IMG/VR virus record: IMGVR_UViG_3300030012_003189
Span: 1 to 64,000 of that record
Strand: one strand, 5' to 3'
DNA: 64,000 nt
From: a virus
Shown here in pieces: positions 47,193-58,500 of this stretch; position 1 is the first letter of the stretch; each line of letters opens with the position of its first letter. The notes beneath the pieces were generated by a model. That model did no database searches. It was given only the letters and a program-made list of their open reading frames with translations, and was not told the origin of the DNA. Position numbers and translations under genes: made by a program.

Positions 47193-49133
47193 TTATGGTT
47201 CAGGTGGTCCGCCAGGATCCCCACCATCATCCCCACTACCAATTAAATTAATTCTGAGTTCATCAGTTCCAGATGAATTTGGGAAAGTGAATGTTAAAAT
47301 TACTAATCTTGTTGAACCATGCTGTGCTTCAGTTTTTGAATTAAAGAAAAATTGAGTTTGTGCATTTGATGTAGGAGTACTGGTGGTTGTACTTAAACCA
47401 GTTAATGTTTGTGAACCTGCACCATTACCAGATGAATCAAAATTTGTACTTAAAGCTCCATAAGTCGTTGAGTTGGCACTTACTGAATATGTTGTAGCAT
47501 AATTCGTTTGAACTGCTATTGGGAAATATGTAGGTGAGTAATGATATGGATTATTAGCTATTTGTGTAATGTTTCTACTTACCAATACTAAAGAGCCAAA
47601 TGAACCAGACCATGCACCACTTAAATTTGTAAAGATTCCAGAATCAACTGGTCTAGGTTGTTGTGAAATATTGAATTGTAAATGTTCACTTGTACCAGCA
47701 GTAGTAGAACCTATATCAAATGTACCAAATTTCTTAGCTCCAGTATTCCCAGCCGCAAATATACTGAAATTTTCGTTACCAGTGCCAGTTTTTGGATTGT
47801 TGTTAAGATTACTAAAGTTTGAACCTTCGTAGAATGTAAATTGACTACCTGTTATAGATGCGTTCCAAGCTAAGTTTGATGTTAAATCAATTGTATTATC
47901 ACCTGATGATAAACTACCACTATGAGTAAATACCATTTCATCACCACTACCTGGAGATGGATTGGATGTGAATGTAACTTGACCTGATTGTTCTAAACCT
48001 ACAGTATCATTTGCACCAGCATCAGTTGTAACTGATACTACTGCTAATCGTTTTGAAACACTACTATTTGAAGCCGTAGGGAATGCATATATAACATCAT
48101 CGCCTGATAAACCACTTATTGAAAAACTAGCTCCACTACCATCTGAATTAGTTGATATCTCAAATTCTAAATCAACCATACCAGGATTATCATCTGAATC
48201 TGCTTGTACAACAGCTGCTGACCAACCAACACTTTCTGCATTCACATCTATTGAAATTGATTTTCTAACACTTGTACCTGATTGATTAGATGTCCATTGT
48301 AACGGGTCTGTTCCAACACCTTCTCCACTAAGTGATACTGTTTCATTTGGTTGTTGAGTAAATGTTTTTGTACCAGTTACAGTACCACCAACATTTCCAT
48401 ATTGTCCTCCACTACCATCTAAATTAGTAGAAGGTACACCCAAAGTAAAATTAACTGTTTGAGATGTTGCAACTCCAACTGTACCGAATGATGTTGGTGT
48501 AAAGAAAACTTGCCCCGCACTTGGTGAAGCATTTGATGTTTGTGAAAATGTTGTTGTGTTTGATATTGCTCCTATACCTGTATTACTATCATTTCCTGGT
48601 GTAATTGTTACAACACCTGTATTTGGATTAATATTTGCTATCCCACCAGTCCAATCATCATATTCTAATTGATATGCACCTTGCGTAGAAGTAACTGTAC
48701 CACTAATTGTTGAACCTGCATTAGTATATGTTACCCCAGTTGCACTTTCAGCTGGACAAGTAAATGAAACATTAGCAGTTCTTGTAGTGTTAGTTAAAAC
48801 TGCGCTAAATGGTGAACTCACATAACTAACAGTTAATGAAGGTACAGGAGATGAACCTCCCGTTGCAACAGGATTAGATGTAATACTTCCGTTTTGTGTG
48901 TTTACAGAAAATCCAGTAATACCAAAATCTTCGAATGTGGCGGTTGCACTTGAACCAACTGAATCTCCATATAATTCACCCAAACTAAGTCCCGCTACTG
49001 AATCATCGTAATTGGGAGCACTTAACTCAAAAGAAGTTGCTATGTCTTGAAATGAAAGTTTAGCAGTAGCTGAGTTAGACAACTCCTCATTTATCATTGA
49101 CATTGATATCGGACCTGATGCTGGTAATGCCAT
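47193..49133 (-). CDS. Tail fibre adhesin / receptor-binding protein with BACON-like Ig repeats
   Basis: MALPASGPISMSMINEE N-terminus typical of proteins that follow S74 fibres; Thr/Ser-rich beta repeats (IDLTSNLAWNAS...GTG...GNTG...FNISQQ). Confidence 0.65.
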   Translation of the reverse strand: MALPASGPISMSMINEELSNSATAKLSFQDIATSFELSAPNYDDSVAGLSLGELYGDSVGSSATATFEDFGITGFSVNTQNGSITSNPVATGGSSPVPSLTVSYVSSPFSAVLTNTTRTANVSFTCPAESATGVTYTNAGSTISGTVTSTQGAYQLEYDDWTGGIANINPNTGVVTITPGNDSNTGIGAISNTTTFSQTSNASPSAGQVFFTPTSFGTVGVATSQTVNFTLGVPSTNLDGSGGQYGNVGGTVTGTKTFTQQPNETVSLSGEGVGTDPLQWTSNQSGTSVRKSISIDVNAESVGWSAAVVQADSDDNPGMVDLEFEISTNSDGSGASFSISGLSGDDVIYAFPTASNSSVSKRLAVVSVTTDAGANDTVGLEQSGQVTFTSNPSPGSGDEMVFTHSGSLSSGDNTIDLTSNLAWNASITGSQFTFYEGSNFSNLNNNPKTGTGNENFSIFAAGNTGAKKFGTFDIGSTTAGTSEHLQFNISQQPRPVDSGIFTNLSGAWSGSFGSLVLVSRNITQIANNPYHYSPTYFPIAVQTNYATTYSVSANSTTYGALSTNFDSSGNGAGSQTLTGLSTTTSTPTSNAQTQFFFNSKTEAQHGSTRLVILTFTFPNSSGTDELRINLIGSGDDGGDPGGPPEP

Positions 49134-52100
49134 TATTTATCCTTTAATTTATTTTCTAAGTTTTCAATCTTATCTGATAATTCTTTGATTGCTTCTAAAA
49201 GTAAAGGTGTTAACTTTTCGTATTTAACTCCAAGAAATTTATTGTGTACATTTTCTTTGACAACCTCTGGTAATACTTTTTGTATTTCTTGCGCAATCAC
49301 CCCAATATCTCTGTTTGTTCCATATGGGTGAACTTTTGGAGTATATCCATCTTTCCAATTAAATAATATACCTCTAAGATTTTTTACTTTTTCTAAAGAG
49401 TCAGGTATAGTAGTAATATTTTCTTTTAATCTTTCATCAGATGAAGCAAATGCTGTAATATTACCCGATGCTTCGATTGAACCTGATACAGATAATGCGT
49501 TAGCTGCTGATTGGTCTGCTGGTAATTTTACAACTTTTAAAGCTGATGGGTTTGCATCGGATACAACCTGAAATCCTCCTCTACTTATTTCAGTAAATGG
49601 TTGGATAGTGGTACTTGTTGGTACACTTACTGAAATTGCTCCAATATCAGGTGTTCTAAATGTAGATGAAAGTGTAACACCCTGCGCAGTTGCTGACATA
49701 AAAGATGAACCATCTTTAATAAAAGTTTCAAATGAATAATTTTCACCATCTTCTAAATCTACTCCCAAACTAAATGCGTGACTACCTGATGTACCTAATG
49801 TATGAATAGCTTGACCACCACCTACATATGAAGTACTTAATGTCCTTTCAGTTGAAGATACGACTGTACCATCACTCTTTTTTATTCTTATACCAATCTT
49901 ACAACTGTTTGACCCGAATCCAACTACACCATTAAAAGATTCCATAACACTGCTTACAAATGGATTAGATGCAGTTTGTGGGTCTAATGTACCAGTAAAA
50001 GTTGCGGTAACACCATCAAAATCAGCTGATACATTTCCCGCATCAGGAAATCTTAAACCACTACCACCTGTAGTTATAGTTTCAGTCATCGTTGTTGGTG
50101 ATTGTGTAATTGATAATGAGTGTGCAAAGAAATCAGTAAAACTTTCTAAATCACTATCATTTTGTGAAGTAAATGATGAACCCAACATTGTAGGTGCACC
50201 TGATAGTACAATTGGAGATAAACTATTTTGTGAACTTAAAGTTACAACATCTACAGATGAAGAAACAAATTTTATCTTTGGTGTACCTGAACCATCTAAA
50301 ATAAGAGCTGAATCACTACCAAGTAATTGGTCACCTTGAATTGTAAATCCACCAATACTACCACCACTTGCACTTATATCCCCCTTAATATCTGCATCAT
50401 TTGCAATCATCCTACCCGCTGGTGATACGGAGAATACATTATCTTTGGATGTAATACTTACATGTTCAAATGAAGCAGATTGTGCTTCAACTACAGAACC
50501 ACTAACAGAAAAGTTAGATGCACTTATTTCTAAACCACCAGCACTATCTCTTTGTTGGAATTTAATAAATTGGTTATCACTACCTACTCTAAAGTAAAAT
50601 TTCTTTTGATTGGGTTCGGCTACCCATGCATTATTTACTACACTATTTACAGCGCCACTACCAGATGTGGTTAATAAGAATCCACCAACATCATCACCAT
50701 CAAAAGTCCAATCACCAGATTGACCAGAATCTAATTGAACTGCCTTTGTAGCACCAGCATTTACAAATCCTATTAATTTATTATCATCTAATGTAAATCC
50801 ACCAATGTTACCTGTACTTGCTGTTATATCACCTTTTATTTGTAATTGCTCACCTGTCCATTCTAAAGAATTATCACCAGTACCAGATAAGAAAAACTGA
50901 CCACTTGATGACATATAAGTTTTCCATGTATCAGACTCGTAAAATCCTAAATTATCTGCTCCCAAAAATAATCCATCCCCACTTGGTGTTGGGTTTTTTG
51001 TTAACTTACCAGTAGAAGGGTCTACTGTACCACTAACTGATGCTGATAGTGCTGCATTACCTGCGAATGCCGAACCACTAAGTACAGAATTATCTCCAGC
51101 TATTGTAGCGAATGCCGAACCACTTAATACTGCATTTTGATTTCCAGTAATAGCTATGGATGCTGATAATGAACCACTCAATACTGCATTTTCACTTCCA
51201 GTAATAGCTATTAATGTAGCAGCTGATGCTGATTCAGCTGCATTAGATGCTGATTGTGCTCCAGCAGCTAATGAACCAGAAATATCTGCTCCTAAAGATG
51301 CAGTAGCAGATTGTAGTGATGCTGTAGCTTGAGCTAAGGATGATGTAGCTACTGCTAACTCTTGTGAGAAGTTTGTTGGGTCTCCTAATCCAGCAATTGT
51401 TGATGATTGAATATTTGTACTAGCTATCTGTACCACCCCACCCTCAACATTTAAAATATCACCAGCATCTGCTATACCACTATTCTTAACATTAATTGAT
51501 GCTTCTAATCCTAACGCTTGATTACCTTTTGTAAATGGTACACTTTGTTCTACCTTTATTGGAATGAAGTTATTATTTATATCATAAAACTCTACCCTAA
51601 AATCAAATTGTTCTGTTGGGTTCTTTCTTGGGATATCTACAATCGCTGTATATTCATCAGGTGAATAAGAAGATTCTTCAGCATTCTTTAATGATAACCT
51701 ACTAAATAAAAATCTACCTGTAGTTGAATCAGTATTTGCTTCTACTCTAATTTGGCATTTACCAGTTGTTTTTGCAAAAAAGTTCTTTTGTATTCTTTGG
51801 ATATTACCCAATCCAGTTGGGTCTCTATCGATAGAACCACTAAGTAAATCTATAGATTGAGAAGTTACTAATGCGTTTGTTGTATTGTTTGATGATGTTA
51901 CAATCAAAAATCTAAGTGTATCTGTGCTTATTGATTCTCCTGAACCAGAATATCTTGCTGTAAATCCAAATGAATATTCAGAACCACTTACTATTTCAAA
52001 CTCACCAATAGCACCATTCGATTCTATAGAATGATTTCCTTTTACTTCTAATGAGTTGATTAATTTATCATTATGTATTTCTACACCCGATGATGTTGTG

Positions 52101-53188
52101 TAATAAACATCACCTGCTTCGGATACTATATTTTCTCTTCTTAATTTACCATAATTAATTACAGTTCTATTTTCTACAGAAAAATCTCTTAATAATTCAG
52201 TAGCATCTAATTTATTTTCTTGTACAACTTGAAAATCTCCTAAATCGTTTCTTGACTTCCTAAATATTTTTATTCTAGCTACATCTCCAGTAAATGTTTT
52301 TAAATTTTCTAATCTTATTTCAGCATATGATGCAGTAACATTTGAACCAGTCACAACTGCATCTTCTACAGATTCAAATTGTAATGAATAAGATACTGGT
52401 TGGAATTCATGCACTATATTGTTTATAAGAAAGGGTTTTCTAACTAACATCTCATCTGCATTAATTACTTCTAATACTGAAGATGAATATCCCAATGAAG
52501 GAATTTGAAGAGTTGTATTCTCCTCCATTGATTGAGTGAACTTATTTCCTTCTTCTAATTTTATTCTGTATTGTGATGGAGCTGTCCAAGTAGAAAAATC
52601 AGAACCTGAATCTGGTACTTCGGGTATACCACTAACTGAACCTGATTTGTTCAATGTCATTTCTGTTTTTACTAATAGTGGTTTTTCTATTTCAGTAACA
52701 GAAAATGATGGTCTTTTAAAAAATCTTACTTGTGTTTTATTTGGAATCTTTGGATTGATTTTGAATTGTTGAGTCCATCTAACATTTTGTATCCCTCTAA
52801 ATTCTTCAGGTACTTTCCTTTCCCTACCTCTATCATCTATATATGTTTCTAATTCAGCAAGTATTCGCAATGTACCAACTCCTATCGGAGTATCATCATA
52901 AACATGAATTGACATTACTATAGAGTTACCTTCTCTAAATGTTCTATCTCCTTGCTTTCCAGGTTCAATATATAATGGGTTTCCATTTACATCTAAAGCT
53001 TCAAATCTAACTTTTGAACCTTTAACAAAAAAAGAACTACCTTCAAATAAAAAAGCATTCTTACCACCAGTTAGTGTTCTTTCTAACTCAGTAACATTAA
53101 AATAAGGGGAATCTGATGAACTATCATCAATGAAAACCTTAGCTTTTCCTAAATTTAGTAAAGGTGAATATTTTTTTAATACTGCCAT
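49133..53188 (-). CDS. Long tail fibre with C-terminal peptidase S74 intramolecular chaperone
   Basis: SSDERLKENI...GILFNW...IGVIAQEIQKVLPEVV...YEKLTPLLLEAIKEL; ASxGxIGGFT repeats. Confidence 0.85.
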   Translation of the reverse strand: MAVLKKYSPLLNLGKAKVFIDDSSSDSPYFNVTELERTLTGGKNAFLFEGSSFFVKGSKVRFEALDVNGNPLYIEPGKQGDRTFREGNSIVMSIHVYDDTPIGVGTLRILAELETYIDDRGRERKVPEEFRGIQNVRWTQQFKINPKIPNKTQVRFFKRPSFSVTEIEKPLLVKTEMTLNKSGSVSGIPEVPDSGSDFSTWTAPSQYRIKLEEGNKFTQSMEENTTLQIPSLGYSSSVLEVINADEMLVRKPFLINNIVHEFQPVSYSLQFESVEDAVVTGSNVTASYAEIRLENLKTFTGDVARIKIFRKSRNDLGDFQVVQENKLDATELLRDFSVENRTVINYGKLRRENIVSEAGDVYYTTSSGVEIHNDKLINSLEVKGNHSIESNGAIGEFEIVSGSEYSFGFTARYSGSGESISTDTLRFLIVTSSNNTTNALVTSQSIDLLSGSIDRDPTGLGNIQRIQKNFFAKTTGKCQIRVEANTDSTTGRFLFSRLSLKNAEESSYSPDEYTAIVDIPRKNPTEQFDFRVEFYDINNNFIPIKVEQSVPFTKGNQALGLEASINVKNSGIADAGDILNVEGGVVQIASTNIQSSTIAGLGDPTNFSQELAVATSSLAQATASLQSATASLGADISGSLAAGAQSASNAAESASAATLIAITGSENAVLSGSLSASIAITGNQNAVLSGSAFATIAGDNSVLSGSAFAGNAALSASVSGTVDPSTGKLTKNPTPSGDGLFLGADNLGFYESDTWKTYMSSSGQFFLSGTGDNSLEWTGEQLQIKGDITASTGNIGGFTLDDNKLIGFVNAGATKAVQLDSGQSGDWTFDGDDVGGFLLTTSGSGAVNSVVNNAWVAEPNQKKFYFRVGSDNQFIKFQQRDSAGGLEISASNFSVSGSVVEAQSASFEHVSITSKDNVFSVSPAGRMIANDADIKGDISASGGSIGGFTIQGDQLLGSDSALILDGSGTPKIKFVSSSVDVVTLSSQNSLSPIVLSGAPTMLGSSFTSQNDSDLESFTDFFAHSLSITQSPTTMTETITTGGSGLRFPDAGNVSADFDGVTATFTGTLDPQTASNPFVSSVMESFNGVVGFGSNSCKIGIRIKKSDGTVVSSTERTLSTSYVGGGQAIHTLGTSGSHAFSLGVDLEDGENYSFETFIKDGSSFMSATAQGVTLSSTFRTPDIGAISVSVPTSTTIQPFTEISRGGFQVVSDANPSALKVVKLPADQSAANALSVSGSIEASGNITAFASSDERLKENITTIPDSLEKVKNLRGILFNWKDGYTPKVHPYGTNRDIGVIAQEIQKVLPEVVKENVHNKFLGVKYEKLTPLLLEAIKELSDKIENLENKLKDK

Positions 53189-53191
53189 ACA

Positions 53192-53199
53192 TATAAATA
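53192..53199 (-). promoter_or_regulatory. TATTTATA promoter-like motif 3 nt from the tail fibre ATG
   Basis: Minus strand CATATTTATATGTATG. Confidence 0.55.
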
Positions 53200-53215
53200 T
53201 GTAAAAGTAGAATTG

Positions 53216-54031
53216 TTAAACAACTGCTCTACCTTTCATATTTTCCCAATCCCTATTTGTTCTCACAACATCATTGGTTTCTTCTACGGCATTTAAAACA
53301 TTCGATTCAGTATCTAAATTCATAGCTAAGTATATTAGAGCCGATAAGTCTTTAGGTAAACAATGTCCTCCAAATCCAAAATCACCATCTGGTCCTGGTA
53401 CATTCCAATGTGATTTACCTAATCTATCATCTAATGTTGCATATTCAACAACTTTATCGTAATCAATATTTAACTTTTCACACACTTGATATATTTCATT
53501 AGCAAAAGAAACTTTAGTTGCCAAAAATGAATTGGTCAAATATTTTACCATTTCAGCGTGGGTAGAATCTGTTTTAATTATATGAGCTTTTGGAAATACT
53601 TTTGAGTATATTCTTCTTAATTTTGTAGTTGATGGTCTTGGTCCTCCTAAGATAATTCTATTTTGATTATTAAAATCTTCTACTGCATTAGCTTCAGTTA
53701 AAAACTCTGGATTGAAAACTATATCAATATCGTAATTTGAATTCCATCGTGCAGTAGTACCTGGTGATACTGTCGATTTTACAACGATAGTTTTACATTT
53801 TTTTAATTTACATATTTTATCAATTGTCCATTCAACTAATTCAGTACTACAACTACCATCACTATTCATTGGTGTTGGTAAACAAACGAAAACAATATTT
53901 TGTGACATAGCTTCTGTTTCGCCTGATGTTCTTTTGCTTTCATCTAAATCATAAGTGTAAACATCGAAGTAATTTTTAAATTTTTGATAAATTGCATTAC
54001 CAACAAATCCTTGTCCTATAATTCCTATCAT
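53216..54031 (-). CDS. ugd: UDP-glucose/GDP-mannose 6-dehydrogenase-like (lacks the C-terminal domain)
   Basis: GQGFVG, CLPTP, KSTVSPGT, FNPEFL.E, AEMVKY..N, GFGGHCLPKD. Confidence 0.85.
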   Translation of the reverse strand: MIGIIGQGFVGNAIYQKFKNYFDVYTYDLDESKRTSGETEAMSQNIVFVCLPTPMNSDGSCSTELVEWTIDKICKLKKCKTIVVKSTVSPGTTARWNSNYDIDIVFNPEFLTEANAVEDFNNQNRIILGGPRPSTTKLRRIYSKVFPKAHIIKTDSTHAEMVKYLTNSFLATKVSFANEIYQVCEKLNIDYDKVVEYATLDDRLGKSHWNVPGPDGDFGFGGHCLPKDLSALIYLAMNLDTESNVLNAVEETNDVVRTNRDWENMKGRAVV

Positions 54032-54909
54032 AATTGTTCTTTTAAATATTCAAATAACGTTTTTGTTATTTTTGGTTTTTCAAAATCTGTATCTAATGTA
54101 TATCTTCTATCATGCCCTTTTCTATCTTCTACAAATTCATACTTTGGTGCTTTACCTAAAAGAAATGCTATGTGAGCTACTATATCTATATTTTGTAAAG
54201 TATCACCACTACCAATATTATAAGTACCTTCTTTATATAACATTAATTTTAAGATTTCTTTAACATTATCTTCGACCCAAATCCATTCTCTAATTTGTTT
54301 ACCATCACCATATACAGGTATTGGTTTATCCTCTTTTATTGAACGCATGATTGTGGGAATAAACTTTTCACTATGTTGGTTAATACCAAAGTTGTTACAA
54401 GTACGAGTTATAACATAAGGTAATCCAAACGTATGTCCACAACTATAAACTAACATATCAGCCGATGCTTTTGTTGCTGAGTAGTAAGATGATGGATATA
54501 AAAAGTTTTGTTCAAACGATGCATCAATATCTAATAAATCTAAATCACCATAAACTTCATCGGTACTGATTTGTACAAACTTTTGTAACTTTGGATTTTT
54601 TCTAGCTAATTCTAAAAGATTATATGTTCCTTCTATATTTGTTTTTACAAAAGGTTTACCATCTTTGATTGAGTTATCAACATGAGATTCAGCTGCAAAG
54701 TTTACTAAAAAATCATACTCACCTAAATCTTCTGCGGTTACATCACATATATCTTTTTTTAGAATTGGTATCTTTGGAATACTATCTACATTGGAAGCGT
54801 ATGTTAGTTTATCTACTACCAAAACATCTAATCCTTTACTAACACATAAATTAGCAAAAGAAGAACCTATAAAACCAGCTCCACCAGTAATGATTACTCT
54901 TATACTCAT
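54028..54909 (-). CDS. rmlB: dTDP-glucose 4,6-dehydratase
   Basis: GGAGFIG, DKLTYA, NFAAESHVDNSI, ISTDEVYG, YSATKAS, DRKGHDRRY. Confidence 0.93.
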   Translation of the reverse strand: MSIRVIITGGAGFIGSSFANLCVSKGLDVLVVDKLTYASNVDSIPKIPILKKDICDVTAEDLGEYDFLVNFAAESHVDNSIKDGKPFVKTNIEGTYNLLELARKNPKLQKFVQISTDEVYGDLDLLDIDASFEQNFLYPSSYYSATKASADMLVYSCGHTFGLPYVITRTCNNFGINQHSEKFIPTIMRSIKEDKPIPVYGDGKQIREWIWVEDNVKEILKLMLYKEGTYNIGSGDTLQNIDIVAHIAFLLGKAPKYEFVEDRKGHDRRYTLDTDFEKPKITKTLFEYLKEQL

Positions 54910-55541
54910 ATTAAATTTGTCTTTGGGTTTTTAAATGAATCAGCATGATATTTAAAAATAGCTGAATACACTCCATCATTATTCCATTTCCTACCATTTC
55001 TATAAAATTGCTGGTGTTTTAGTTCTAATCTATCACATAAAGAATAAATGAAATCTGGTGAAACATAATTTATATTTTCTAATAAAAATAAATACCCACC
55101 AACATTTAAATACTTATCTAAATCTCTAAAAAACTTTTTATGAAAACTATAATCTTCATCAACTAATATTCTTGGATTATGATTAGTATGTTTTGGTTTA
55201 TGTGGAAAATGTGGTGGATTTGAACAAATAAAATCAACCTTTGGTCCATCATAATTATCAAAAGCATCACTTACATAAAACTTAGCATCTAAGTTATTTT
55301 GCTTATTTGTTTCTTCTATACACTCTCTATTTGGTTCATAAATATCTATTAGATGAATATCTTTTATTCCATATTTCATAGCTATATGAAACCCCATAAA
55401 GCCAGGTCCACTACACATTTCCATTATGGAATTTACCTTTGGGAAATCATAATTTTGGTAATCACGCACCCAATTTATTCCACCACCATTTAATCCCCTT
55501 TTCCAATATACATTGTTAAAATTTAACATTACTGAATCCAT
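54906..55541 (-). CDS. SAM-dependent methyltransferase (HemK/NPPY-type)
   Basis: EMCSGPG motif I; ICSNPPHF motif IV. Confidence 0.75.
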   Translation of the reverse strand: MDSVMLNFNNVYWKRGLNGGGINWVRDYQNYDFPKVNSIMEMCSGPGFMGFHIAMKYGIKDIHLIDIYEPNRECIEETNKQNNLDAKFYVSDAFDNYDGPKVDFICSNPPHFPHKPKHTNHNPRILVDEDYSFHKKFFRDLDKYLNVGGYLFLLENINYVSPDFIYSLCDRLELKHQQFYRNGRKWNNDGVYSAIFKYHADSFKNPKTNLI

Positions 55542-58500
55542 TCACTTTTTTTATTTCTACTAAACTATCAACAACGTCTCTCATTGAATCAATATGTGAT
55601 ATAATCATAACAAAATCAAATTGAGTTTTTAAATATGCGAATAACATATAAAGAGATGTTAAGTTTTCATTATCTAATGTACCAAATCCTTCATCAATTA
55701 CTAAGAAGTTAGGTCTTGGAAGGTTACAGACATTGATTAGAGCAATTCTAATTGCTAAACCTGATATGAACCTCTCCATACCACTACACATCTCTAATCC
55801 CCATTTCTGGTCATCGTAAACAATAAATGCGTTAACATTCTTACCATCCATCTCCAACTGCATTCCAAAGTCAACAATCTGTCCTAAGATGTTATTTACT
55901 TCACCTTCAATCATAGGTAATGCTTTTTGTATCAACTCATATGATACACCATCTCTACCCAATGAGTTAAGATAATACTCAAATAGATTATGAGTTTCTT
56001 CTAAATCTTTTACTTCTTTAATTCTATCTTCGATTGTTTCTTTTTGATTTTGTAAAGCAGATATTGTACCATTCATTCTTAGAATATCGGTATTATTATT
56101 TCTGATTATTTGCTTTATTTTTGTTAAATCAGAACGAACATCTACAATCTCATCTCTAACTTCTTTATTTTTCTTAATCTGTTTTTCATTCTTATAATAT
56201 TCTTCGATAAGTTGTTCCTGTTGAGTGATTTGTGTAGAATTCTTAAATTCTTCGGTCTCAATTGTTGATAACTTGTTAATAAGTTGAGATATCTCTCTAT
56301 CAATCTTATCTTCTTTTTCTTTAGCTTCATTGAAATTTTTCCATTCTTCCTCTAAAGTTTTTAAAGAATCTATTTTAATTTCCAATTCAGATAATTTAGA
56401 TTTTAGCTCTTTATTTTCTGATTCTTTTTCATCTAATTCTTTATCTACCTTTTCTTTTTGCTCTAAGATTGTTTGTGAGTTTTCCATACAGATATCACAT
56501 TGTTCATTGTATTTGTGTGAATCTAAATGTTGTTTTCTTTCATATAGAGAATCTAACTTTATTTCTACTTTATCTAATTCTGACTTTATTTTATTAGAAT
56601 CAAATTTTGCTTCGCTTAGAGAATCCATTCCCTCTTCTAATACTTCTTCATCAAATTTATCTAAAATCTCCTCTAACGTTATCTGAAGTTCTTCTCGTTG
56701 GGTGATTCTGTTTTGAATCGAATCCTTATCTGTATCTACCTTATCTTTTTTCTTTTGTAGGATTTTTAATCTTTTTTCTAATTCCTCAATCGATACACCA
56801 CTATCGGCATTTAACTTTACAATCTTTTCATTTAATCTTACAATTTGATTTTGTAAATCCTCTTCTTTACCTTTAGCAGTTTCTTGTTCTTTCTCCATTT
56901 CCCCATACTCCTCAATAGAAGTTTTAAGGTCGTTTTCGATATCGGCCAGTCGGGTCGTAAAATCATCACTCTTGAATTTTCTGATAAGTGAAGCGTTATC
57001 CCTATTCTCATCACTTGCTAATCCATATAGTTTATCAAAGATATCTACTCCCATAAATTGAGCTAATATCTCCTTTCTTTCGGATTGTGATTTATCTATG
57101 AATAGTGCGTTATCACCTTGTAGTGATAAAGTAGTAAGTACGAAATCCTCATACTTACCTAAGTATTGTATAATTGATTTGTTTGTATCCTTTCGTTGTT
57201 CACCATTAAGTGAAGTGATATGTCCATTCTCATCACTCCAAAAATCCACATCTACTTTTAGATTTCTTCCGTGATTAATTAACTTAGCTCTTCTCTCAAT
57301 GTAGTAATCCACTTCATCTATTTGGAAGTGTAGTTTACATCTAAAGTGTGTTTTACGATTATTAAGTATGTTCTTAGCCATAAATGTTCTACTTGTCTTA
57401 TCGTAGATACAAAAGGATAAGGAATCAAATAGTGCTGATTTACCACTAGCATTAGGAGCAAAGATACCAACGATACCTTTTGTTTTAGTAAAATCAACTT
57501 TGTTACCCTCACCATAGGAGAACATATTAGTAAACTCAAATGATTGTGGTATCCATTGTATGTTAGGAGTTACATCATCATCTGTAAGTTTTGTATTGAT
57601 ATCTCTGTTGATTTGCTGAATCTTATCTATCGTATCATCATCTGCCAAATATTGTCTTTCCAAATATCCTTTGATAAGTTCGTTTTGTAATTCAACATCC
57701 CTAACATTACCGATGGTTAAGTTCGTATCGAAATCACCAATTTTTTGTTTAGTCAAAGTATCCATTCGAGTTACAGTAAACTCTTGTACTTTGTATTTCT
57801 TTTTGATTTCAGTTAAAGCCCTTTTGATTTGGGATGGGTCAGTATTTGATATCCTAACTCTCAATCGAGGTTTTTTGGGCATATCAGTTACATCAGGAAC
57901 AACTCCATTATCTACATCTAATGTGTAGAATCCATAATCATTAGGAATGTTAAATTCTTCGAATGTACGAGTAGGTACATCCCACAACAAGTATCCATGC
58001 TTATCCAGCGATTCACCATGATTTTGTTGAATCATAGAACCAGCATAGGCGATATGGTCTCCTCCAATAGTTTGTCTTTTGTGTATATCTCCCAATAGAG
58101 CCATATCAAATCCATCGAACATTTCTTCAGTAAATGAGTTAGAAGATACGATGTATCCAACATCAGTTTTTGAATCATTTACCGGTCCGTGAAAAACACA
58201 TATTTTATGTGCTCCATCAACGGTATCTGCTTTAGGCCAATTTTCCTTGTTATCCAATATAGAATACACAACAAAAGTAAGATTGTGGATATTATAGACA
58301 CCAGTATCACGAAGATAATGAATTCGAGGATTTGAGAGATTTTCGATAATAGGTGTGAGTACATCTAGTCTGTAGTTATTATTTAAGTTACAATCGTGGT
58401 TACCTGTGATTAACACAGTCTCTCTCAGTTTAGCACATTCGGTTAGAAACCAACTAATCTCCTGCACTAATTCGGGTGACATCTCAGTTTTAGCATGAGC

